Shown here: one piece after another, positions 39,384 through 48,383 of the stretch
Numbering within the stretch: the first letter of the stretch is position 1
Layout of the letters: each line of letters opens with the position of its first letter
Source of the DNA: Candidatus Dormiibacterota bacterium
GTDB lineage: Bacteria; Chloroflexota; Dormibacteria; Aeolococcales; Aeolococcaceae
Assembly: GCA_963799005.1 (NCBI GenBank)
Contig: CAWCVK010000001.1
Coordinates: forward strand, 1,820,066 to 1,884,065
Reading direction: 5' to 3'
Length of the DNA: 64,000 nt
Notes under the pieces: model-generated
Database searches by the model: none
The model's input: only the letters and a program-made list of their open reading frames with translations
What the model was told of the DNA's origin: nothing
Position numbers and translations under genes: made by a program

Positions 39384-40516
39384 GCGTGCTCGATACCGGG
39401 GGTGAGGAGCAAACCATCGCCGCCCGGGACATCGAATTCGGATTGGACTCGTTCGTCTACGTCAGCGTCGACGAATCCGCTCGCGAGCTCAGCGGTGACG
39501 CCGTCATCCGCAACACCGTCGATGAGGCGGTGCTCGCGGACGCGGTCGGGATCAACTCCTTCAACATCGCCGAGCACTACCGGCCCGAGATGATGGACTC
39601 CGCGGCCCACGTGATGCTTGCCGCGATCGCGGGTCGAACCCAGCGGATCCGTCTCGGCACCGCAGTGACCGTGCTCAGCACCCAGGACCCCGTGAGGGTC
39701 TATACGAACTTCGCCACCCTCGACGCGGTTTCGAACGGCCGCGCGCAGCTCATCGTCGGGCGCGGTTCGCTGACCGAGTCGTTTCCGCTGTTCGGATTCG
39801 ACCTCGCCGACTACGAGGAACTCTTCGAGGAGAAGCTCGACCTGCTCACACGCCTGCTGCGAGAGCAACCGGTGACGTGGTCCGGCAGCTTCCGTCCTCC
39901 GCTGACGAACCAGTACCTGAGTCCTCCGCTGCCCGAGGGGCACCTGCCCACGTGGGTGGGTGTCGGTGGGAGCCCGCAGTCCGTGATTCGCGCTGCCCGC
40001 TACGGACTGCCCCTCATGCTGGCGGTCATCGGCGGGAATCCGACCCGATTCGCGCCGCTGGTGCAGCTCTACAAACGCGCGCTCGAGAAGTACGGCCACG
40101 CGCAGCTCCCGATCGGGATGCACTCGCACGGCTACGTGGCCCGGACCGACGCGGAAGCCGCCGACATCCAATGGCCGTATTGGTCCGAGATATTCGAGAG
40201 CGCGGCAGCGGAGCGCGGATGGGCGCGTCCGACGAGGGAGCGGTTCCAGGCTGAGATCGCAGACGGATCGCTGTATCTCGGTTCGCCGGAAACCGTTGCA
40301 ACCAAGATAGCCGGGGTCATCCGGCTGCTTGGGCTCAGCCGGTTCGACTGGGCATATGCCACGGGACGAGTGCCCCACGAGCAGCGGATGGCGACCATCG
40401 AGCTGTACGGACGCGAGGTGATTCCACGCGTCAGAGAGCTGCTCGCCAAGCCTGCAGTGGATGCGGATGCCACAGACGAGGCTGCGGCTGCGGTGGCTGG
40501 ATTGTCCGGTGTCTAG
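39371..40516 (+). CDS. luciferase-like (LLM-class) flavin/F420-dependent oxidoreductase
   Basis: 'FNIAEHYRPEMMDSAAHVMLAAIAGRTQRIRLGTAVTVLS'; overlaps the MarR stop. Confidence 0.85.
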   Translation: MSRLSVLDTGGEEQTIAARDIEFGLDSFVYVSVDESARELSGDAVIRNTVDEAVLADAVGINSFNIAEHYRPEMMDSAAHVMLAAIAGRTQRIRLGTAVTVLSTQDPVRVYTNFATLDAVSNGRAQLIVGRGSLTESFPLFGFDLADYEELFEEKLDLLTRLLREQPVTWSGSFRPPLTNQYLSPPLPEGHLPTWVGVGGSPQSVIRAARYGLPLMLAVIGGNPTRFAPLVQLYKRALEKYGHAQLPIGMHSHGYVARTDAEAADIQWPYWSEIFESAAAERGWARPTRERFQAEIADGSLYLGSPETVATKIAGVIRLLGLSRFDWAYATGRVPHEQRMATIELYGREVIPRVRELLAKPAVDADATDEAAAAVAGLSGV

Positions 40517-41171
40517 CAACGCGGCTGCCGACCGCCGTCTGGGCATCGTCGGGGCCGGCAAGATGGGCACGACCATGGCTCGCGCGGCAATGGCAGCCGG
40601 CTATGACGTCGCGATCTCGGGGTCGGGCGCCGCCGAGCGCATCGCGCTGATTGTCGACGTGCTCGCCCCCGGCGCCCGAGCCGCCGCCACGGACGAGGTT
40701 GTGCACTTCGCGGACCTGATCATCCTCGCTGTCCCCATGCATCGCTTTCGCGAAATGCCACGCGATGTCTTCGCCGGCAAGATCCTTGTCGATGCGATGA
40801 ACTATTGGGAGGAGATCGACGGGGTCGACGACGAACTCGCCGCGGTGCCGGAGGGGACCAGCGTCGTCGTGCAGCGGCGCTTTGCTTCGGCCAGGGTGGT
40901 GAAGAGTCTCAATCAGCTCGGCTATTACGAGTTCCAGGAGGGCAGGCGCCCGCCCGGCGCTCCGGGCCGCATCGCGATCGCAGCTGCGGGCGATGACCGC
41001 GCTGCGGTCTCAGCCGTCCTGCAACTCATCGATCGGCTCGGATTCGACGCTGTGGATGCGGGACCGCTCGAAGCCGGAGACGCTCTCGGCCCGGACGGTC
41101 CGGTCTTCGGGGTCGCTCACACGGCCGGCGAGCTGTCGAGCCTCCTCTGGGTGGAGGCGACGTCCGCCTAG
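40509..41171 (+). CDS. NADP oxidoreductase, coenzyme F420-dependent (Npd/FNO-like)
   Basis: 'LGIVGAGKMGTTMARA'; about 220 aa; GTG 40509 overlaps the LLM gene by 8 nt. Confidence 0.7.
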   Translation: MSSNAAADRRLGIVGAGKMGTTMARAAMAAGYDVAISGSGAAERIALIVDVLAPGARAAATDEVVHFADLIILAVPMHRFREMPRDVFAGKILVDAMNYWEEIDGVDDELAAVPEGTSVVVQRRFASARVVKSLNQLGYYEFQEGRRPPGAPGRIAIAAAGDDRAAVSAVLQLIDRLGFDAVDAGPLEAGDALGPDGPVFGVAHTAGELSSLLWVEATSA

Positions 41172-41692
41172 GGTGCGTCGATGATCGGCAGGAACTCCCG
41201 CCACGGGCCGACCGCCTGGGTGTACTGCTTGGCCATCGTCTTCATGATCTGACCGAGGTGATTGAGGTCGTGCACCACCCATGCTGAGAGGAGCTGGCCC
41301 ACGGTCACCTCTCCGAAGGTGGGATGAACGCCCCGTCGTGCGAGGGTCCCGGCATCGACCAGCGCCCCGAGCGTCTCGAGGTTGCTGGCCCGAATTGCGG
41401 CGAATCGATCCAGAAGATCGGTGAGGTCCCAATCCTTGAAGCGCGCGAACCCCGCTTCTCGATCGACGGGCTCGAAGACACGTTCGGTCCCGTGCTCGAG
41501 GATCACGCGCGTCCGATCGATCCAGTCGTGCTCCTCGATGTGGGTGAGATGCCCGACCACCTGATAGGGCGACCACGTGTCCGGTCCTTCGTCGCCGGTG
41601 ATCCAGTCGTCGGAGAGGTCGGAGAGCATCGCCCGCAGGACGCTCGGGGTTCGGCGCAGCACTTCCCTGCCGGTCTCGAGTGCGAAATCCAT
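41168..41692 (-). CDS. DinB-family protein
   Basis: His triad context 'VVGHLTHIEEHDW' and 'HDLNHLGQI'; alternative ATG at 41731. Confidence 0.8.
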   Translation of the reverse strand: MDFALETGREVLRRTPSVLRAMLSDLSDDWITGDEGPDTWSPYQVVGHLTHIEEHDWIDRTRVILEHGTERVFEPVDREAGFARFKDWDLTDLLDRFAAIRASNLETLGALVDAGTLARRGVHPTFGEVTVGQLLSAWVVHDLNHLGQIMKTMAKQYTQAVGPWREFLPIIDAP

Positions 41693-41762
41693 GAGGTCCT
41701 CGTGACGCCGACGGCGGTCGCGCCAGGTCATGGTAGTGGACGGTCGCAAGCGACCGCGCAGG

Positions 41763-42380
41763 TCAACGCTTGACGGCTCGTCCTTCGAATGTGTAGCCGA
41801 AAGGCTTCGGCTCGCCCTTGAAGTAATAGCTTTCGAGCTGCTCAACCACGAACCCTGCTTCCTCGAGCAATGCCGGCATGTTTCTGGTGAGGTGGCATCC
41901 GCCCGCAACTCGTTTGTTGAGTGGTTCGAGACGGCGCTGCCATCGCTCGACCGTCACGTCGGGTGCGTGTCCGTGCTCGACAAAATGCAGGGCACCGCCC
42001 GGCTTCAGCACGCGGCGGAGCTCTCCGAGCGCCTCCGTGAGATTGGGAATCGTGCAGAGCGTCCACGTCGAAAGGACTGCGTCGCAGGCCTCGGATTGGA
42101 GTTCCAGTCGCTCGCCGTTGCGGCCCGCCGGCACCACAGGCACCGCCAACTCAGCGATCCGAGGTTCGGCGATCCGCAAGCACGCCGGCGACGGCTCGAT
42201 AGCCAGGACCTTGGTGACTTCCGGCGGGTAATACGGCACGTTGAGCCCGGTGCCGAACCCGATCTCGACGACCTCGCCGACCAGCCCAGCGCACGCGCGA
42301 GCGCGCACCGCGCGATATGCCGTCCGGGACATGGCCTTTTCCTGAAGCCGCGGCAGGATTCGATCCCGATAGACACCCAT
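41763..42380 (-). CDS. class I SAM-dependent methyltransferase
   Basis: Motif I 'VVEIGFGTGLN' and 'LKPGGALHFVEH'; the N-terminal 200 codons of the track ORF are antisense shadow. Confidence 0.85.
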   Translation of the reverse strand: MGVYRDRILPRLQEKAMSRTAYRAVRARACAGLVGEVVEIGFGTGLNVPYYPPEVTKVLAIEPSPACLRIAEPRIAELAVPVVPAGRNGERLELQSEACDAVLSTWTLCTIPNLTEALGELRRVLKPGGALHFVEHGHAPDVTVERWQRRLEPLNKRVAGGCHLTRNMPALLEEAGFVVEQLESYYFKGEPKPFGYTFEGRAVKR

Positions 42381-42419
42381 GCAATGATCTCCCGGCTGCG
42401 CCCAGTCGGCGCAAAATAC

Positions 42420-42998
42420 ATGAGTACGATGAGTCAGCGTACCGGAGTGCCGGCAATTCAGTTCGACGCCACGCTCTACACCATCGACAAGCGAACCATT
42501 CTGCGCTTGCCGGAGAAAGCGAGCGGAAAACTGCCGTCGCGCGGGCAGGTGGCGGTACGGGGAACGATCAATGGACATGGGTTCAAGACCGTCCTGGAAC
42601 CGGACGGCAAATTTGGCCACTGGATGGGGATTGACGGAAAGCTGCGGCAGACAGCTGCCCTGAGCGCCGGTGACACGGCGACGCTCGAAATCGAGCCACT
42701 CAAGGATTGGCCGGAGCCGAACGTGCCGCAGGATCTTGCGAGCGCTCTGGCAGCTGCCCCTCAGAAGATCCAGGACCTGTGGAAGGACATCACGCCGATG
42801 GCGCGGTGGGAATGGGTTCGCTGGGTCAACGCAACCCAAAACCCCGAGACGCGCAAACGACGGGTCGAGGTCACCATCTCGAAAATGAACAGCGGAAAGC
42901 GGCGGCCGTGCTGTTTCAACCTTGCCGCATGTACCGACCCGAGCCTGTCGAAGAACGGCAGGCTCGTTGAGCGCGGCCACACGTCAGCTGCGCAATAG
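42420..42998 (+). CDS. DUF1905 + YdeI/OmpD-associated domain protein
   Basis: 'LPEKASGKLPSRGQVAVRGTINGHGFKTVLEPDG' and 'ARWEWVRWVNATQNPETRKRRVEVTISKM'. Confidence 0.75.
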   Translation: MSTMSQRTGVPAIQFDATLYTIDKRTILRLPEKASGKLPSRGQVAVRGTINGHGFKTVLEPDGKFGHWMGIDGKLRQTAALSAGDTATLEIEPLKDWPEPNVPQDLASALAAAPQKIQDLWKDITPMARWEWVRWVNATQNPETRKRRVEVTISKMNSGKRRPCCFNLAACTDPSLSKNGRLVERGHTSAAQ

Positions 42999-43122
42999 GC
43001 CGCCCGGCGTCGAGCGCGGAGCGGACGAAGAAAGGAGAGGGCCACTCCTTCCACCTCAATATTATTACCGCACTGGGGGCTTGCGGCAAGACCCGGGGGC
43101 TGCCGCAGAATCGCGCGCGAGT

Positions 43123-44568
43123 ATGAGTGAGCACGAGGTGGTGATCGCCGGAGGCGGTCCGACCGGGATGATGTTGGCGGCTGAGCTGGCGTTGGCGGGG
43201 ATCGACGTCGTCATCGTTGAACGACGCGCCACTCCGGATCCCGACCGCGCGCGCGCCGGGGGTCTGCACGCGCGCACTATCGAGGTGCTCGATCAGCGCG
43301 GCGTCGCCGAACGGTTTCTCCGGGAGGGGAAGGCGATGCAGATCCAGGGGTTCGGTGGAATCCCTTTGGACATCAATGATTTCCCCTCCCGCCACAATTA
43401 CGGGCTCGCCCTCCCGCAGATTCAGACCGAGCACCTGCTGGCCAACTGGGTCAATGAGCTCGCCGTACCGATCACGCGCGAACGCGAGGTGACCGGGTTC
43501 GCCCAGGACGCAACCGGCGTCGACGTCTTGATATCCGACGGCACCTCACTCAGGGCGGACTACTTGGTCGGGTGCGACGGGGGCCGCAGCGTGATCCGAA
43601 CGGAGGCCGCTATCGAGTTCGCCGGCTGGGATCCGTCGATCAGCTGGCTCATGGCCGAGGTCGAGATGGCGGAGAAACCGGAGTTCGGGCTGCGTCCGGG
43701 TGGTGGGATCGGCCCGGCCGAGGGCGGGGATCGGATTCGAGTCGTCCTGACCGAATCCCGGGTCGAGCACGCCGGCGAGCCGACCCTGCAGGATGTCTGC
43801 GAGGCGCTCATCGCCGCCGACGGGACGGATTACGGCGCGCATAGCCTGAGCTGGGCTTCCCGTTTCACGGACAACACCCGGCAGGCGGTTTCATATCGCC
43901 AGGGGCGCATCGTTCTGGCGGGCGATGCGGCACACGTGCATCCACCGCTCGGTGGTCAAGGTCTCAACACCGGTGTCCAGGATGCCGTGAACCTGGGGTG
44001 GAAGATGGCCCAGGTGGTCAAGAAGACATCACCCCAGAGACTTTTGGACACCTACCACGACGAACGGCATCCCGTCGGCGCCCGAGTGTTGCAGACCACC
44101 ATGGCCCAAGTCGCACTGACCACCCTCGGCGAGCGTCACCAGGCGCTGCGCGACATCATGGCCGAGCTGCTGCGCATGGACGAGCCGCGCAAGCGCATCG
44201 CCGGCATGATGTCCGGTCTCGACATTCATTACGATCTCGGCGAAGGGCATCCGCTGCTCGGGCGTCGCATGCCCGATCTGGACCTCGTGACCGCCGGCGG
44301 CCCGATCCGAGTCTTCGAACTGCTGCACGGTGCCAAGCCGGCGCTGCTGAATCTCGGCGAGCGCGGCGCCTTTGACATCACTCCATGGGCGACCCGGGTG
44401 CAGATGGTCGATGCTGCATATGCGGGCCGATGGGAGCTTCCGGTGCTGGGGGCGGTCGACGCGCCCACTGCCGTGCTGATCCGGCCCGACGGCTATGTCG
44501 GCTGGGTGGGCGATGGCACCGATAGCGGGCTGCGCGGCGCCCTGACTACGTGGTTCGGAGCACCATGA
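43123..44568 (+). CDS. FAD-dependent aromatic-ring monooxygenase (PheA/TfdB-RdmE type)
   Basis: 'VVIAGGGPTGMMLAAELALAG' and 'LAGDAAHVHPPLGGQGLNTGVQDAVNLGWK'. Confidence 0.88.
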   Translation: MSEHEVVIAGGGPTGMMLAAELALAGIDVVIVERRATPDPDRARAGGLHARTIEVLDQRGVAERFLREGKAMQIQGFGGIPLDINDFPSRHNYGLALPQIQTEHLLANWVNELAVPITREREVTGFAQDATGVDVLISDGTSLRADYLVGCDGGRSVIRTEAAIEFAGWDPSISWLMAEVEMAEKPEFGLRPGGGIGPAEGGDRIRVVLTESRVEHAGEPTLQDVCEALIAADGTDYGAHSLSWASRFTDNTRQAVSYRQGRIVLAGDAAHVHPPLGGQGLNTGVQDAVNLGWKMAQVVKKTSPQRLLDTYHDERHPVGARVLQTTMAQVALTTLGERHQALRDIMAELLRMDEPRKRIAGMMSGLDIHYDLGEGHPLLGRRMPDLDLVTAGGPIRVFELLHGAKPALLNLGERGAFDITPWATRVQMVDAAYAGRWELPVLGAVDAPTAVLIRPDGYVGWVGDGTDSGLRGALTTWFGAP

Positions 44569-44681
44569 CGACACGTGACTCCGCATGGAACGGCGTCTCC
44601 CGTGGAAAGCTGACGACGGCAAGACAGTTTCTGCCAATCCTGGAACAAGCCTAGGCCACCGCCCGGAACGATCCGGTCGCG

Positions 44682-45389
44682 CTACTTCCGGCCCCGTCGG
44701 TAGGCAGCAAGAAAAACCCGAACCGCGTTATCGGCAGCGCTGTCCGACGCGCTGGCAACCGCAGCACTCGTGTCGCAGAACATGCCGATGTCGAGATGCG
44801 GTCCCAGCACCAGCCAGGCGAAGTGCTGTGCCGCACTGTCGGCGTCCTCGATGTGAAGCGCACCCTGATCGGCGAGCTCCCGAAAGAGACGAGCCAGCGT
44901 CGCGTATACGCGCTGCGGCACTTGCTCGTAATACGTGCGTGCCAGCTCGGGAAAACGGCCGGCCTCTGCCAGCACCAACCGCCGCATCTTCAGCACCTCG
45001 GGGCGAATGACGAAATGCAGGTACAGGCGGGCCAGCTCCTGTAGCGCGATCTCGACGTCGTCAGCGCCGCCCACCACCGATGTCATGGTCGCCAGGAAGG
45101 CCTCGACACGATCCGCGTTGGCCAGGACCAGACCAGCGAGGAGTGACTCCTTGTCGGCGAAGTGGGTGTAGATGGTCTGCTTGGAAACGCGGGCCGCGGC
45201 GGCGATGTCGTCCATGCTGGTGCCCTGGTACCCACGCTCGAGGAAGAGTGCGGCTGCCGCATCTCGAATTGCGGCGCCACTCGCCAACCGTCCCGCACGG
45301 CGCCGGCCGGGCGGACTGTGTGAGTCAACGGCAGGACGCTGAATCGTCGTGGCCTGGGGTGGCTCCGCGGCTGGGACGCGTGCTGGCAT
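44682..45389 (-). CDS. TetR-family transcriptional regulator
   Basis: 'MDDIAAAARVSKQTIYTHFADKESL'; ATG 45389 preferred over the track's TTG 45404. Confidence 0.88.
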   Translation of the reverse strand: MPARVPAAEPPQATTIQRPAVDSHSPPGRRRAGRLASGAAIRDAAAALFLERGYQGTSMDDIAAAARVSKQTIYTHFADKESLLAGLVLANADRVEAFLATMTSVVGGADDVEIALQELARLYLHFVIRPEVLKMRRLVLAEAGRFPELARTYYEQVPQRVYATLARLFRELADQGALHIEDADSAAQHFAWLVLGPHLDIGMFCDTSAAVASASDSAADNAVRVFLAAYRRGRK

Positions 45390-45408
45390 GGGACGGCTCC
45401 TCAAATAC

Positions 45409-45474
45409 AGTACTTGACAGTCTAGTACAGCTGGTCATAGGATGTGCCCGAACGAGTACTGAGCAGTCCAGTAC
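45409..45474. promoter_or_regulatory. two 20-bp operator-like sites (AGTAC-N10-AGTAC), candidate TetR operators
   Basis: AGTACTTGACAGTCTAGTAC (45409-45428) and AGTACTGAGCAGTCCAGTAC (45455-45474) are identical at 16 of 20 positions. They lie between the divergent TetR and DUF998 genes. Confidence 0.5.
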
Positions 45475-45505
45475 TAAAGAAGAGGAGTCGCTGGAGGACA
45501 AGCTG

Positions 45506-46228
45506 ATGGGCGAGAACGTTCTGGCTCGACGACGCAAGGCTGGCGCGGGTGAATGCGCTCCGGCCGACCGGGTGACCAAGAGCCTGCTCGGGTACGGGAT
45601 CTTGACCGGACCGTTTTATGTGGTGGTGGTACTCATTCAGGCCCTGCTCCGGCCCGGATTCAATCTCAGTCGCGACGACGCCAGCCTTCTGAGCAATGGC
45701 AGTTTCGGCTGGATCCAGGTGGTCAACTTCATGGTCACCGGCGTTATGGTCATCTGCTACGCGGCCGGTGTGCGGCGCGGGCTGCGTGGCGGGCGTCGCG
45801 CGACTTGGGGTGCCGGTCTGCTCGCCCTGTACGGCGTCGGTCTGATCGCGGCCGGGATCTTTGTGGCCGACCCGATGAACGGCTTTCCCGCCGGGGCGCC
45901 CGTCGCGCACCCCGCCACGATGACACTCCACGGCGTGCTGCACATCGCGAGCGCAGCAATCGGCTTTGCTGGATTGATCGCGTCCTGCTTCGTGCTCGGC
46001 AGTCGTCTGTCCTCGGACGGCAATCAGCGCTTGGCGATCGCCTCGCGAGGCACCGGGGTGATCTTCTTCGCCGGCTTCGCCGCTGTTGCATCCGGCTCGA
46101 GCAGCTCAGTGGTGGTGGCAGCATTCTGGCTCGCCCTTCTGGTCGCGTGGGGATGGCTCGCGGCGCTGGCGGTGCATCTGTACCGTCAGACCGCGTCCGG
46201 CCAACTCCGCGCGCCACATGATCATTGA
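45506..46228 (+). CDS. DUF998-like integral membrane protein
   Basis: 240 aa, 6-7 TM; AAGAAGAGGAG upstream of the ATG; family call tentative. Confidence 0.55.
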   Translation: MGENVLARRRKAGAGECAPADRVTKSLLGYGILTGPFYVVVVLIQALLRPGFNLSRDDASLLSNGSFGWIQVVNFMVTGVMVICYAAGVRRGLRGGRRATWGAGLLALYGVGLIAAGIFVADPMNGFPAGAPVAHPATMTLHGVLHIASAAIGFAGLIASCFVLGSRLSSDGNQRLAIASRGTGVIFFAGFAAVASGSSSSVVVAAFWLALLVAWGWLAALAVHLYRQTASGQLRAPHDH

Positions 46229-46247
46229 TTTCTGGGAGTACACAGCG

Positions 46248-46682
46248 ATGAAGTTCCGCGCATTGATCCGACTCGACGGCAAGACCGCCACGGGCATCGA
46301 AGTACCGCCCGCGATCCTCGCGAAGCTGGGTGACAGCAAGCGGCCCGCGGTGACCGTCACGATCAACGACCAGACGTACCGCTCGACGGTGGGCTCGATG
46401 GGCGGTCGCTATCTGATTCCGGTGAGTGCGGACGTCGGTACCAAGGCCGGCGTGCAGGCGGGAGACACGGTGACTGTCGAGCTCGAGGCCGATGCACAGC
46501 CGCGTTGTGTCGACCTCCCCGATGATCTCCACAGGGCGCTGGCGCAGAACGCGAGGGCGCGTCGCGCGTTTGAAGGACTCTCGTACAGCGGTCAGCGCAG
46601 GTACGTCCTCGCCATCGAGGGGGCCAAGTCCCTTGACACGCGACAGCGGCGCATCGACAAGGCGATCACCGAGCTGGCCTGA
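46248..46682 (+). CDS. DUF1905 + YdeI-like protein (short paralogue of 42420-42998)
   Basis: 'GKTATGIEVPPAILAKLGDSKRPAVTVTINDQTYRSTV' and 'RRYVLAIEGAKSLDTRQRRIDKAI'. Confidence 0.7.
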   Translation: MKFRALIRLDGKTATGIEVPPAILAKLGDSKRPAVTVTINDQTYRSTVGSMGGRYLIPVSADVGTKAGVQAGDTVTVELEADAQPRCVDLPDDLHRALAQNARARRAFEGLSYSGQRRYVLAIEGAKSLDTRQRRIDKAITELA

Positions 46683-46719
46683 ACAGGCGACATGCTCGCG
46701 CAGGCGCTGACCGTATTGG

Positions 46720-46741
46720 AGCTCCACACTGGAGCTTGTTT
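46720..46741 (+). terminator. candidate intrinsic terminator
   Basis: 7-bp stem AGCTCCA/TGGAGCT with a 3-nt loop, followed by TGTTTG; 38 nt after the stop of 46248-46682. Confidence 0.45.
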
Positions 46742-46831
46742 GAACCCGGGTCAGATTCTCGGCGGTCTGACGGAGCTCGAGGCATACAACGTGGTCGGTG
46801 GCGACTGAACCATCGAGACCGTGATGGCGGC

Positions 46832-47341
46832 TTAGAGCTCGCTCTCTTCGAGCTCACGCGCACCTCGCTGTTCCGCAGCCGGTTTCACCAGGAGCCGACG
46901 CCACTCTTCGCGTCGGACGATGTCCCCGATATTGGTGTGACTGACACCGAACATCGATCCTAAGGCTCGCTGGGTCATACCGTCGCGGGCCAGCTTGCGT
47001 ATCGCGATCACATCATGCGCGGTCAACTTTGCGTTTCCGTGGAGCTCGCCGCCGTTCGGCCGCCGGTTGTGCATCTGTTGCTCGAAGGTCACCCAGCGAC
47101 AGTTGCCCGGTTCATAGTTGCCGTCGTTGTCGATGCGATCCAACCAGAGCCCAGGAGGGCATGCGCCCATATCGGCGAGGAAGTTCTCGAAACGGTGCCA
47201 ACGCTCGCAGACGGTGATACCCCGGCCACCGTAGCGCGGCCAGTCGCGGCGGGTGGGCGTCTTGCACCGTTGCAACATGCTGCTCCACGCGATGTAGGTC
47301 CGGCTCTTACCTTTGGAAGCGTGTCCATGGCGCCATACCAC
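46832..47341 (-). CDS. phage/mobile-type HNH-like nuclease domain protein with C-terminal HTH
   Basis: 'YIAWSSMLQRC', 'YGGRGITVCERW', 'LDRIDNDGNYEPGNCRWVT', then 'LTAHDVIAIRKLARDGMTQRALGSMFGVSHTNIGDI'. The track start (47419) lies inside the tRNA; GTG 47341 or TTG 47344 is more likely. Confidence 0.55.
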   Translation of the reverse strand: MVWRHGHASKGKSRTYIAWSSMLQRCKTPTRRDWPRYGGRGITVCERWHRFENFLADMGACPPGLWLDRIDNDGNYEPGNCRWVTFEQQMHNRRPNGGELHGNAKLTAHDVIAIRKLARDGMTQRALGSMFGVSHTNIGDIVRREEWRRLLVKPAAEQRGARELEESEL

Positions 47342-47386
47342 CAAGGCATCAAGCCCTGTTCTGGCGGTCAGATCACAGACAACCTC

Positions 47387-47462
47387 TGGAGCGGGAGACG
47401 AGACTCGAACTCGCGACATCCAGCTTGGAAGGCTAGCGCTCTACCAACTGAGCTACTCCCGC
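47387..47462 (-). tRNA. tRNA-Gly (anticodon UCC), CCA encoded
   Basis: The reverse complement folds as a cloverleaf: GCGGGAG-TA-GCTC-AGTTGGTA-GAGC-G-CTAGC-CTTCCAA-GCTGG-ATGTC-GCGAG-TTCGAGT-CTCGT-CTCCCGC-T-CCA (76 nt). Confidence 0.95.
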
Positions 47463-47545
47463 GTCCCGTCCATGGTACCTGCCGCCCGGCACGCGCGCCG
47501 CCGCTGTAGGCTGGCCGCCGCGATGAGGCGAGCCTGAGAACCCAT

Positions 47546-48214
47546 ATGGGCAGAGTAGCCGGAGCATCGGACCAGTCGTCGACGTGGCTCGACCGACAGC
47601 TCCGCCGAGGGATCCTCGCCGAACGGGGTATGGGCCTCATCCTCAGCCTGCTGCTCATCCCCGCGATCCTCGCCACCAACCTCATCTACAACTCGCTCAA
47701 CCACGGTCCCTACCGCATCTTCCTGGAGACCCCACTGGACCGAGCGCTGCCCGTGGTCCCGATCTTCGCCATACCTTACGTGTCGCTGATTCCATACGTC
47801 GGCGTCAGCCTGATCGCGTTCCTCGTCTTTCGCGTGCGCGTCTACCGATCGGCGGCGCTCACCATGATCATCGTATGGTTCGTCAGCTACGCGTTCTACT
47901 TCTTCCTGCAGTCGTACATCGCGCGGCCGCAGATCACCGGCACCGACCCGTTGTCGGGGCTGATCCGAAGCATCTACGCGTCCGATCAGCCCTACAACGA
48001 TTTCCCGAGCCTGCACACATCGCTGTCGACGGTCATCGCGATCCACTGGTGGCGCCTCGACCGGCGGATCGGCGTCGCGGCGGCCGGCTGGACAGCGCTG
48101 ATCATCGCGTCGACCGTGCTCGTGAAACAGCATTACCTCGCCGACCTGATCGCCGGTCTCGCGCTCGCGGGAGTAGCTTCAATCCTCGTGATGCGTATCA
48201 CCCGGGCTGCCTAG
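47546..48214 (+). CDS. PAP2-superfamily membrane phosphatase/transferase
   Basis: 'FPSLHTS' and 'VKQHYLADLIAG' (PAP2 C2/C3-like); 5-6 TM. Confidence 0.75.
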   Translation: MGRVAGASDQSSTWLDRQLRRGILAERGMGLILSLLLIPAILATNLIYNSLNHGPYRIFLETPLDRALPVVPIFAIPYVSLIPYVGVSLIAFLVFRVRVYRSAALTMIIVWFVSYAFYFFLQSYIARPQITGTDPLSGLIRSIYASDQPYNDFPSLHTSLSTVIAIHWWRLDRRIGVAAAGWTALIIASTVLVKQHYLADLIAGLALAGVASILVMRITRAA

Positions 48215-48383
48215 TGCATGCATTCCTCGCCTGAGGTACGATGCACGCGACCGATCCACACGACCACCGGAGGGCAACAGACATGACACTTGTGATTGCG
48301 CCTGCAGCGCCCACCTCTGATGTCGTGCCCGGCGGCTCCGCCGGCTGATCGTCCGCTGAGTCCGCGCCACACGCTGCGCGGGT

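Noticed and set aside
46683-46831. Possible att site (a copy of the tRNA-Gly 3' end) bounding an island
   Set aside because: Only a 6-nt match (TGGAGC) to the tRNA 3' end is present, and it is part of the terminator-like hairpin. This is not significant.
48283-48348. 21-codon sORF (MTLVIAPAAPTSDVVPGGSAG) with a GGAGGG 9 nt upstream, ahead of rsgA
   Set aside because: The first half uses A/T-ending codons that are atypical for this genome. There is no recognisable peptide family or leader-peptide logic for rsgA. It is too short to support from sequence alone.
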